Assembly: GCA_016748015.1 (NCBI GenBank)
Contig: JAAOMT010000599.1
Span: forward strand, 574,480 to 638,479
Source of the DNA: Geosiphon pyriformis uo1
Lineage: Eukaryota; Fungi; Glomeromycota
Reading direction: 5' to 3'
Length of the DNA stretch: 64,000 nucleotides
Shown here one piece after another: positions 11,825 through 23,095 of the stretch. Both the position numbers and the translations under genes were made by a program. The notes under the pieces were generated by a model that did no database searches, was not told the origin of the DNA, and worked only from the letters and a program-made list of their open reading frames with translations. Within the stretch, counting starts at the first letter, position 1. Each line of letters opens with the position of its first letter.

Positions 11825-13207
11825 ATGAATATACAAAAATATCAACAATTGCAATATTATCTAAATACTCAACAGTTCAAGGAGAATTTATCTTATACAG
11901 AATGAAGAAGTATCAAACAACAATCAAAATATTTTATCACTCACCAAAATATACTTTATTGGAAAAATAGAAGAGATCCAGATCAACCAACCAGAGTAAT
12001 TACAGAGCCAAAAAAAAAGACAATATTATTCAACATGCACTCAAATCCAACAGCAGGACATTTTCACAAAGAAGCAACCATAGAAAGAACTAGAAAAAGA
12101 TACTATTGGCCATTAATATACTCAGACATCATTCAATATGTGCAAAATTGTGATGCTTGTCAGCAAAGAGAAGGAACAAGACCTAGTGAACCATTAAGAC
12201 CAATCAAAGTGAGACAACCATTTGACTGTATGAGAATTAATTTAGTTGGATCATTAACAATCACCAGCAGAGGAAACAGATACATAGCGGTAGCTATGGA
12301 CTATTTCACTAAATGGCTAGAGGCAAAAGCAATTCAAAGAGTGGATGCAAAATCTGTTGCCAAATTCGTTCATCAGGATTTGATTTGTCGATATGGATGT
12401 CCAAAAAAATTATTATCAGACCAAGGAACTCATTTTGTGAACAGAACATTAACAGAATTAAGCCAAAGATTCAGAATCAAAAGACCATTATCATCACCAT
12501 ACCATTCACAAACCAATGGATTAGTAGAAAGATTCAACAGAACATTGTGTGAAACAATAGCTAAACTCAGTCAAGAAAACCAGAATGATTGAGATTTGTT
12601 GATATCATCAGTACTATTTGCTTATTGGACAATAAAGCAAGATACTATACAAGCAACACCATTTAAATTAATATATAGTAAAACAGCAACACTACCTGTA
12701 GAAATAGAAGTCAGCACATACCCAACCGAACAAATAACAGAAGAGAATTTCAAAGAAACATTGCTGAAAAGAACATATGACTTAATGGAAACATTGGAAA
12801 ACAAATGAAGAAGAGCAGCTGATAATATCCAAAAGTCACAAGAAACACAGAAAAAAAGACATGATAGTCAACTACCAGACAAACCAGTTGAATTCAAGAT
12901 TGGAGACAAAGTACTATTATATCGTACCAAAGCAGAAAAACAATGGAATGGAAAATTTGACCCCAAATGGGACGGACCATTTTACATAGAAGAAATTCTA
13001 GAAAATGGAGCTTACAAATTAAGATTGGATAACAAAATTTTAACCAAAGCAGCACATGGAGATCGACTGAAACCATATTACAACATCACACTACCATCTA
13101 CCAGTAATATTCCACAATTAGGAGTACAGAGAATACTAGTCCAACCAGATGAGATTCCACGAGATCTGGAAACAATCATTATTATCGACAACAACACGTT
13201 AAATTGA
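11825..13207 (+). pseudogene. Integrase of B as a separate ORF (~460 codons, internal stops)
   Basis: Own ATG at 11825; HHCC zinc domain (H..GHF...CDAC), core DYFTKW / SDQGTHF / NGLVERFN, C-terminal KFDPKWDGPF. ORFs 12035, 12596 and 13025 are all in one frame. Confidence 0.92.
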
Positions 13208-13231
13208 TCCATCAAAAGAATATATAACAAC

Positions 13232-13891
13232 ATGGTAGACACAACAGGAAATATCAGAAAAATAGAAATTACAAACAACATTCACTCACTAGCACAACAA
13301 CTCTTCCAATTAATCCAACACCAGAAAATGGAGATTACAATCAATCAACAAACCATTTAATATCAAGATACTAGAAAGACATTTCAACTCAGAACACAGA
13401 AAAAAACTGAAAATACTGTGAACAAAATCATGGTGAAAGTAAAATTAGCAATAAAAGAATTGACAAAAGAGTCACTATATCAAGAGTTGACTAAAGAAAC
13501 TTGGAATTGGTAAATACAACAATTTTCACGAAACTATTGTTACTTTTATTTGGGACAACACGTAAATATCCAGAATCTATATACAGATATAACAAAGCAA
13601 TTATTCGACAAAAGAATACTACAACAATTAGAACATTTTGTGGGAAAGAACAACTTATCCACACAAGCCTGAGCCATATACCAAATATACACCACATTTC
13701 AGAATAAACCAGAAATATTGTTCAACAAAGCAATAGATATGGTAACCAGTAATCAATTGGGAAAAATCACCAATGCTCAATTTGAAAAATTACAGACCCA
13801 AATAACACAAGTAATTCTCGAAAACAAAATCCAGGAAATACTTCAAGAAAGGGAATTACAGGAGTTAGATTTTGATGGAGCTCAATATTAA
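13232..13891 (+). pseudogene. Accessory ORF3 of unknown function (219 aa, three C>T-type internal stops)
   Basis: ATG 13232 and TAA 13889-13891 are in frame. The translation ...NYCYFYLGQHVNIQNLY...LGKITNAQFEKL...DFDGAQY aligns with the equivalent ORF of C. Confidence 0.85.
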
Positions 13892-13904
13892 AAGGAGGGA
13901 ATAA
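13890..13904 (+). promoter_or_regulatory. Polypurine tract of B
   Basis: AAAAGGAGGGAATAA immediately 5' of the 3' LTR. Confidence 0.9.
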
Positions 13905-14678
13905 TGTTACTTATAGAAATATAGGAAATATATTAGCATAATTATTAGCCAATCAGAAGTAAGCGTAATAAATGTGGAATTCCAGAATTCCTCTCAGGAA
14001 TTCCAGGATTCCTGTTGTGAAGAATCAAGGAATTGAAGAATCCCAATTATGTATATATAGCAGTAGTGTTAGAAGCAGAAGAGACAGAATTGATACCACA
14101 GAATTCTTAGCCTAGTAATGCAATTATCGAATAAATAAATTATTTCATATCTCCATCCACTTACCCATTATTAACTCTTTATGTTGATAGTAATTGATAC
14201 TTAACCATGCTGAAACAATAGCTCTTGATCACAGCTATTGACGGGATACTAATCTGCAAATCGCCTTGGCTTATTTTTTTTCTTTCTTTATTTTCCTTTA
14301 TTTTTTTTTCTTTATTTTTTTTTGATTTGTTGTTGTATACTAATTAATTAAAAGGATTAAGCGCTAAGTTATTAATATCAAAGATAGCCTGATAAAAGAC
14401 CCAGAAATAAGGGTAGGATTTTATATATTATCAGATAGCTTACTAGAAGAGCACAACTACCAGACTAAATCTGGCCACCACGCTGAGAAAGAAATTGGGA
14501 AAACTCTTGGAAAGATACATCTACTATTGACACTATTGAATCTCTGTTCGTTATACAAAGGACTCAACCAAAACCTTCAGATACAAAATCTTCAAATCAC
14601 TATCAACTGCAATTAGCTTTGAGCACCAAGTTATGGGTTTGTTATTTAATTCAACAGTAGAAATAATCACCTGTAACA
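13905..14678 (+). repeat. 3' LTR of B (774 bp)
   Basis: TGTTACTTATAG...CTGTAACA; direct repeat of 4648-5506 with a shorter U3 array. Confidence 0.97.
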
Positions 14679-14682
14679 TCAG

Positions 14683-16520
14683 TGATCAGAATTTCAATAC
14701 TAATGGCCTGATCTTTGTTCATTTAGTCATTTGTGACATTCAAACTGTAAATGTTCTTGTTTACCACAATAATGGCAAGCATGTGTCTCTTGCTATCATT
14801 GTTGATTGGTTGAGAATGATAGACATGACTGATTTTACAAGTGATTTATGCTTCCAGAGTTATTACATTATTGAAGTGGCTGATAAATTGCACAATTGTC
14901 AGCTAAGTATCTTTCAAGCTTCTGGTTAATTAAATTACTGAATTGTTTCAATTTGGAATCCAATTCAGATGATTCATTCATCACTAGATTAACAGCTTGG
15001 TCATGATTTGCTTCAAGTTCTGCCAATTCAAAATCTCTTACGTTGGTGACTGCGTTCTGAAGAGTATGTGGGTGCATTGAACATACACATTGGAAAAGGC
15101 TACTGCACAGTCCATGGATAAACTGATTTAGAATCTGTGGTGCTATAAAATAGTCAGCTTGGATTGCTTAAATTTGGCACAAATTTTTGTGGAAATGTCC
15201 CAAGTAAGTGGTAACTGCTTCAATTTCTCCTTGTTTAATTGTGGTGAAGGTGTTGGCTAGACGATTAATACTGTTATTATTACTGAAATATCCCAAGAAT
15301 ACAACTTTAAATTCCTGGAATGTTTGAGATTTGGTGGCTAAACTTTGATACCATGAGTCAGTAGTATCCTGTAAGAAATAGAGAATGGCTTAAAGTGCTC
15401 TGATGTCATTCTATCTGTTGGTAGTAATGGCTTTTTCAATGTTGTTAAGCCATATTTGTGCATCGTCCTTTTTTTCTGTGAATTTCTCAAGTTTTGCTAT
15501 TGGGGCATAGACCATTGAATCCACATTTATTTGCTGTGAGAGTTGAAGTGGTAATTGAATTTGAGGTTGTGGTGGTGGCTGTTGTTATGAAGCAACTGGT
15601 GGTGGGTTGATGACAATTACTGAAAATAGGTATTATTGATTATTAATGTCAGGATTTGAATTGTTCTGTTTTGGCAGTGCTTGAATATTTGGAGTACTGA
15701 TTTCCAAATTTTCTAAGTTTAGATTTTGCTAAGTCTGAAAGTTCAGGGTTTCAATGTTTGGTTCTTCTGAGATCGGGTTCTGGTAAGTAAATTCTCAATT
15801 TTCAACTTCTTTTTTTTCTTTCTCTTCTGATTTCATTATCTCTTAGAGACTTGCATTTCTGAAATCTAGTTAAGGTAATAGTAATTGGAATTCTAATGGT
15901 ATTGGCAATCGCAATTTAAATTCTTCAAAATAATTACCATAGGTTCCTAGTAATTCTGTTTTCTTTTGTTTACTTTGAAATGGAAGTCATCCAAATGTTG
16001 ATGTCACATGTAATGTGAACACACCTGTTGATAAGATGTTAATGGCACTTCTTAGAGTATAGTGGTATGATAGATTGATTGGTGATTCAACTCTGGTTTT
16101 CTTCCAAGTAGGTGGTTGTATTTGTTTTAGTATTATTGCTGGTGTTTGCAATCTTCCTTTGTCTTTGTCTGCATAGGTAATAGAGAATTGTTGTTGTGTG
16201 TATCTTTCAATGGTTTGATTAATTTCCCTGATGATTGGTGCAAAACTGTAGTTTCTTGGTAAGCTGGTATGTTGAAATAATTCTGTATAAAAATTTTCCC
16301 TTGTAGATTCAATGTTAACTGTTCCTCTTAAGCAGTCTGTAATTTTATTATTAATATAGAAATTGAAAGCAGATTCTGCTGGATAATGGTTGTTGTTTAA
16401 TTCAAGTTGTTGGCTATATTGTTAAAACAAGGCTTTGGTGAATCTTAAATGGTTTGCTTCTATAATTTCTGATTCTGCCACTTTTGGATGATTGTTATTG
16501 GTGCTGGTTTTTGTAAGATT
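14683..16520 (-). pseudogene. gag of element A (5' part)
   Basis: Homologous to B gag (AESAFNFYI, MVYAPIAKLEKF, HPHTLQNAVTNVRDFE in ORF 14868..15077); many stops. Confidence 0.9.
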
Positions 16521-16523
16521 ATA

Positions 16524-16540
16524 CTTCACAGGAAGCACCA
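16524..16540 (-). promoter_or_regulatory. Primer-binding site of A
   Basis: Minus strand TGGTGCTTCCTGTGAAG, the B-type PBS with two transitions, 2 nt from the LTR. Confidence 0.85.
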
Positions 16541-16542
16541 AA

Positions 16543-17397
16543 TGTTACAGGTGATTATTTGGAGTCCCAAATCAAATAACAAACTTGTAACTTGGTGCTT
16601 AATGGATATGTTGGCGTTGGTATCTGAAGGTCTTATGGATCTAAAGGTTTTGTTGTGGAGTCCTTTGTATAATAAACAGAGATTCAATTGTTGTCTTTTC
16701 AGTAGTCTTCCAAAATCACAATTCCATCGAATTTCTTTCTCACTATGGTGGCTGGTAATTTGACAAAGATGCCTTTCTGGTAAGCTATCCTTAAATTCTC
16801 AATTTCTATATCCTCCCTTTGGGGTCTTTTACCAGGCTATTTTTGATGTTAATAACTTAGCACTTAATTTTTAATTAATTAGTAAAAATAAAAAAATAAC
16901 AAAATAAAAGAAAATAAACAAGAAAATAAGCCAAGGCAATAAATATTAATATCCCGTTAATAGCCATGATCAAGAGCTATTGTTCCAGTGGAGTCAAGTA
17001 TCAATTACTATCAACATAAAGTGTTAATAGTGGAGAGTGGATTAAGATAGTGAATATTTATTTATTGATATTTGTGAATGAAAAGTTGCTTAGATCAAAT
17101 CTAAACTTGAGAGATCTGTCTTTTCTACTTCTAATGCTACTGTTATATATACATAATTGAGATTCCTCAATTCCTCAATTCTTCACATCAGGAATTCTGG
17201 AATTCCTGGAATCCTGCAATTTTTTTTGAGAAAAATCTTGGAATTCTGGAATCCTGTGATTTCTTGTATGAGAATCTTGAAATTTCTGGAATCCTGCAAT
17301 TTCTCTTGAGAGGAATTCTGGAATTCCATATTTACTACGGTTACTTCTAATTGGCTAATTTATATGTTAATATACTTCCTATATTCTATGAGTAACA
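16543..17397 (-). repeat. 5' LTR of A (855 bp)
   Basis: TGTTAC...GTAACA termini; homologous to the B LTR in reverse orientation. Confidence 0.93.
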
Positions 17398-18281
17398 GTG
17401 TGCCATTGATAAAAAAATGAAGAATTTTTGCTTAGACAAAGACTATATAATCAAGAGTATATTGGATAAGTTATTTCATAAAATGGTTTTAGACTATTTG
17501 ATTGTTGATGATAAGCTGGTTTTGGATCTTAATGATATTAAATCTAAAGTTGATGCTATAATGGAAGAGTAAACCAAAAAGTATTCAGTTTTTGGGTTTT
17601 TGTCTGATTTTTGGGTCTGTTAATATGCTTCTTTACAGCATGTAGATAATAATATTTTCTCTAATATCATGAATATTGTTAGTTTTAATGAGTTGGTTCA
17701 AGTTATCAAATACTTATTAGATAGAAAAGCTGCTGGTTTCAGTAGTATTCCTAATGAATTATGAAAACATTATGGTGACAATATTTTCTGCAGTTTTTTG
17801 GATTTTTTGAATTTGTGTTTGAAGTTGGGTGCTATTTCAATTTTATGAAAGAGAACATGGGTTTCAATGATACCCAAATCTTACAAATAGAATAATATCT
17901 TAACAAATACTTATTCTATTGTTCTGGTTGAAACTGCTTATAAAATTTTTTCTAAAATTTTTTTAGATTAGATCTCTTTTGTCTGCAGTAAATTTGGTGT
18001 TTTCTGTAAGAATAACTTCTTTATTTTAAAGAGTACTTTGATGCAATCTCTTATTTTTGCAGTTGGTTTGGTAGTTAAAGATGCTTTGGAAAAAGGCAGA
18101 GAAGTTTGGTTGGTTTTGCAAAATATGCACAAGACATATGATTTGGTTGGTTAATATCATTTAAGAACTAGTTTGTAATATATCAAAATGTGTAAGAGAT
18201 TCATTAAGTTTTTTGGTAAGATTTATAAGGATAGATTGAACAGAGTCATAATAAATTTTGGTCTTTCAGATGAGTATTAAG
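17398..18281 (+). mobile_element. LINE fragment L-a (ORF2 region leading into RT), interrupted on its left by element A
   Basis: Decayed KAAGFSSIPNEL, VSMIPKS, IVLVETA, DALEKGREVWLVLQNM, RVIINFGLSDEY; paralogous to L-b. Confidence 0.85.
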
Positions 18282-21200
18282 TGTTCCAATTTAAATAGTT
18301 TACATAAGCAAGCCAACAGAGACAAGTGGAAGTTCAAAATCAAGGATGCTAATGTTGGTAAATGGCTACATTTCAGAGAGTATTCATTTAATAGGTTTGC
18401 TTTAGTTTTGTCTAAATTCAACCTGATAAAAGATTTTGGGAATTTGGATACAATATAGGACATTTTGAGAGAAGTTGTGATGGTGTCAACTAATAAAATT
18501 TTCTCCAAATATTGGTTCAGTGACTTTGAGTATACAAAAAACAAATATTCTTCCAAGTTTTTTAGGTTGGAACTTCTGGTGGCAAAGATTGTGAAGAGTT
18601 TGAGCTTGGGTCACACTATTGACTTTGCTTGCTTTTTATACACTTGGTCTGGTCTTGATAAGACAGAAGCTTCCGAGTTCGAAACCCTAATTAATAACAA
18701 TGTTAAGACCAAAGTAGCTCTCCAGCACCTAGCAGATGTAAGGAAAAAATACTGCAAATCCAAGTATTATAAATCCAGGATGGCTAGAGACAACTCCATC
18801 AAAAAATCAATCTACAAACGTATGGAAAACTTTAGCTCTGATAAAAAATGCATAATTCGGAGTGTGTTGAACTGGCCAGTCCGAAAGATAGTGTTTGACC
18901 ATCTAATAGTAAATAATAATTTGATCCTGGATTCTTGTGATGTCAAGTCTAACATTGATATGATTATGGAAGGATGGATAAGGAAACATATGGTGTCTGA
19001 AGTTCTGTCAGATTGCTAGTTGACTCAATATGCTCCCTTGGCTTATGTTGATTTCAGTACTTTCACAGGTGTTATGAGCAATTTCAGTTTGAATGAGTTG
19101 CTGTTGGTGGTCAGTGATCTACTGAATGGCAAAGCAGTTGGACTTTCTGGTATTACTAATGAACTATAAAAACATTGTAATAAGAGGGTTTTAAGTGGTC
19201 TATTGGAAATTTGCAATATGTGTCTAACTCTGACAATAGTTTCTATACTATAAAAGAGGGCCTGGGTCTTTATGATATCCAAACCATATAAATGGGAAGA
19301 AACTTTAACCAATACAAGACCTATTGCTCTGATTGAAACTGCTTGCAAGGTGCTATCTAAGCTGCTCTTAGATAGGATCTCTTTAGCATATAGCAAGTTT
19401 GATGTTCTTCAAAGTGACAACTTCTCAATTCTGAGGGGCACATTTACTCTTTCTCCGATTTTTGCTGTTGGCTCAGTAGTTAAAGATGCTCTAAAAAAAG
19501 GCAAGAAAGTGTGGTTAGTGTTGCAGAACATACACAAAGTGTATAACTCTGTTAGATGGCATTACTTAAAGAATAGTCTGAACAGAATCAAAATGTGTCC
19601 TTGTTTTGTTAAGTTTTTTGAGAATATTCACAATGGTCAGGTAAACCATATTATGACAGATTTTGGTTTAACATCAAGGTACACAGTTCATAATAGACTT
19701 GATTAGAGAAAAGTTTTCTCTCTATTACTGTGAAGAATTTTTTATGATCTTTTGCTTTATGAGGTCAAGAAATTTGGGTATATATATGGCTATAGGATGG
19801 AATTCAGGTTCTTTATATGCACTGGCAAACCAGATTTTAGGTTTAGCAAGGTGTTCTTCATGGCTGCTGGAGTCTTTGTGAATGATACAATCTGGATTGG
19901 GAACAGCTTGGCTGCTACTCAAAGTATTTTAAACATTGCAAGTGAGTTTTTTTATGTCAATAACATTTCAATCAACATAGATAAAACAGTGGCTATACCA
20001 ATCAACAAAAGAATTGCCAATCTTTGATTGGTAATCAGTGAATCGAACATTAAAATAGTGAAAAAATATGAGGCTTATAGATACTTGGGCATTTTTTTGT
20101 CAACTGAGGAATTTTCTCACCCTAATATTGCTAAAGCACATTTGGACTTGAAGTTTTTTACGAACTTGGTTCTGAGGAAAGTGGTTTCTGATAAACAATT
20201 TTTGTATCTAGTTTCTGCTGTTTTACAGCCTATTATTAGTTATAGACTTCAATTTAGTCATGTCTCTATTAGTGTGTGTGAAAAATGGGACAAGTTGTTG
20301 AAAAAGGGTCTGAAACTCAAGGCTAACCTTCCTAAAGATTTTTCCACAAAGGCTTTTTATTACTTAGATTTATATAACATAGTGCTCTTCAAACAGCTTC
20401 TAGCCAAAAATTCACTGGCCAATTTTGTGTCTTTTGCCAATTTTGTGGGCATACTCAGTGACTTGTTCAAACACCATGCAATGAATTTGCAGGCCATCAG
20501 TTGGCTGCCCCAAAACTCTCAATTTTCCGATGACACTCCTGGTTGATCCTGTGAACTGTTTTTTAGCTGGCATGATAAACACACTTTCATCATGTGGTCT
20601 GTTCTTAGGAAGTAGTGTGACTAACATGTTTTGTGCAGGCAGTGGAATTGCTATTGCAGATGTCCTAAAACTGGATGTTTATATGAAGGTGGTGGGTTTG
20701 CTAAGGAGGTTTGGGATAATCTACATGAACCAGCTTTTGGACTGTTGTGGCAGGTGTTTTACATAGAATACATTTCATAAATGGAAAAAATTAGATCCTA
20801 AGAGACCAACTCTTGGTTGGTTTGTCTCTTTTGTAGAATTTATTGAGTCTGGTGGTCTGGTTGGTGGTAGTAACTCATCATGTCTTCCCTCTTCCAAATT
20901 TTTCTTATACAATACTGGTTATGTCAGAGATTGTCTAAGACGAGTGGGTTCTGATGTTATATTTATTTATACTGACAGTTCGGTTAGAGATTTTGGTTTC
21001 TCTGGTGCTAGTGGTGGTGCTGCTGCTTACTTCCCTAGTGTTGACATTGGTGTTGATGTTAGAGTTCTTGGTTTACTGTCTTTTACACTTGCAAAGATGC
21101 AGACAATTACTCTAGCCTTGGACTGTGTCCCTAGTTATAGCTCAGTAGTGTTGTTTACTGATAGTCAGGCTTCATTGAACCTATGTGCGATGACCTTAAG

Positions 21201-22392
21201 AAGCATTAGACCAGACTTCAGGAAAAAATGCTGGATGGAGTGTGAGTTTATTCATAAAGCTATTTTGTCAAGAAATCTGTCAATTACATGAAATAAGATA
21301 AAAGACCATACTGGTGTCATTGGCAATGAGTGTGCTGACTTTTTCACTGGTACTGTTACTGGTTCTAGTTTCATTTTTTCTGTCAAAACATCATACTACT
21401 TTCTTAGCATAGAAGGCAGACCCCTTTCTGGTAACACTTGTCACGTGGTTAGGAGACTTTATGAAGCTGTCAATCTTGTTGGGTGGGAATTCAGGTACAT
21501 AAGTAGAGTGGTTGATGAATCTCTCAGCAGCCTAATAGACAAGCATTGTACTTTTACCATATAGCACGTAGATGATCAAATTAGGTTTGGTTACACAAGT
21601 TTTGCTTCTGCAATGCTTTGTTCATATTTCATGAAGGCCTTGCACCATCAGTTGTTTGTGGCCAAGAGAAAAAGATTATATGATCCAGGTTATTCTAGTG
21701 TGTTGTGCATTTATTGTGGACTTTTAAAAGATTCAAATTACACATTTGTCTGTGTTTCCAATGTCAACATTTGTAAAGACTTAATATTAGATGCCATCAA
21801 GAATTGAATGATTTTGTTGGGTGTGCATGCTACCTGTAATATGGTGGTTTGTTTGCTTTGTGAGGCTGTGGGCTCGAATTATCTGTATATGTCTTTGTCC
21901 AAAGGTTTCATGTTGAAAGACTGGATGGCTGAGGCAAAGCATTTTTTGGGGATTGATTCAAATAATGGATCTCTGGTGGCTAATCTAGTTTGTCATTTTG
22001 CTGAAAGTTACAAGTCTAGTATATGGCTGCCGAGAGCCAAACTGAGAGCCCATTATGAGAAGTATGGTCTTTTGCCACATGATAGATCTATTGTCTCATC
22101 AGTGACTGGTTTGTCTTTGGTTTGGTCCTGTGGCATGATTCATAGCTTTGGGATTAAGTTAGATATACATGTATGTTTCAGTTTTCATCCTCAATTACAT
22201 AGTATGCAGTTTGGTTTTCTACATAATTTCTTTATGTCTGGTGTTCTTGGTGTGTAGTGTCACCTTGACTGGTTTGAGTGGCTGGTCATGTGTGGAAAAT
22301 ACATAAGCCACACTTAATATAGAATCTGTTTGGTTTTTATGTAATTAGGTAGTGGTTGGACTGTACTCGTTAAACTTAATTAAAAAAAAAAA
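18282..22392 (+). mobile_element. 5'-truncated non-LTR retrotransposon (LINE) L-b: RT, RNase H, C-terminal Cys/His finger, 3' UTR and poly(A)
   Basis: TNTRPIALIETACK, AAGVFVNDTIW (FVDD), YRYLGIF, RNase H IYTDSS..FTDSQA, CIYCG..F.C; A-tail at 22382-22392. Confidence 0.93.
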
Positions 22393-23095
22393 TTACAAAA
22401 ACAATTAATCAGTTTTAAAACATAATCTTAATATTATTGAATTTTAATAAAACTTTTTTAAACTATTTTTTAAAAAAATGTTTTTATATAAAATTATATA
22501 TAAATATTTATTATTTAAGAATAATATATACAATATTAGAAAAATAAAATACATATATTAATTAAAAATTTATAAAATATAATATATATATATTAGCAAT
22601 TTTTTATAAGTATTTATATTTTTATTTATTTATAAATACATAATTTAACAATTTTATTTTATTATATTGTAAACACAAAACATTAAGTATTTTTAAAAAA
22701 AATTTTATTATTAACTATAATAATTTTTTTTAACAATAATAAAAAGTAAAAAAATAAAAAACATTTGAATAATTCTTGATTTTAAATCAAATAACAGAAA
22801 TTTTCTTATTATTTATAATATTAATATAATATTGTTTTAATTAATAATAATTTTAAAAATCAAATAATATTAAGTTCATTTTAAAAATACAAATATTTAA
22901 AATTGTTTAATTATTTAAGCTTATTATTATATTATTAAAAATTAAAATATATTTTAAAGTTAAAATAATTGTTTATAGTTTGGTTAATAAAAAAACATTA
23001 AATTATATATTTTAATATTAATATCCAAATTTAAATTAATAAAATATGTTAAAATATCATTAATAATTTTAAATAGATCTAAATTTTTGACAAAA

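Larger units (their letters stand above)
4648..14678 (+). mobile_element. Full-length (inactivated) Ty3/Gypsy LTR retrotransposon B inserted antisense into gag of A
   Basis: Two LTRs with TGTTAC...GTAACA ends, 4-bp TSD TCAG (4644-4647 and 14679-14682), PBS, PPT, and domain order gag-PR-dUT-RT-RH-IN. Confidence 0.97.

Noticed and set aside
13025-13207. Chromodomain at the integrase C-terminus
   Set aside because: There is no YLVKWxG/xxWEP-type motif; the protein ends shortly after the GPF/Y SH3-like segment.
13232-13891. ORF3 as a retroviral env gene
   Set aside because: It is too short and hydrophilic, with no signal peptide, cleavage site or transmembrane anchor.
14633-14929. ORF starting at an ATG in U5, as a candidate Gag start inside the LTR
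   Set aside because: Homologous LTRs read ATA or ACA at this site, pointing to an ancestral ACG. The ORF also crosses the insertion junction into antisense gag.
22266-22305. Hammerhead or other ribozyme in the LINE 3' hairpins
   Set aside because: There is no CUGANGA core with matching three-stem geometry, only two adjacent hairpins.
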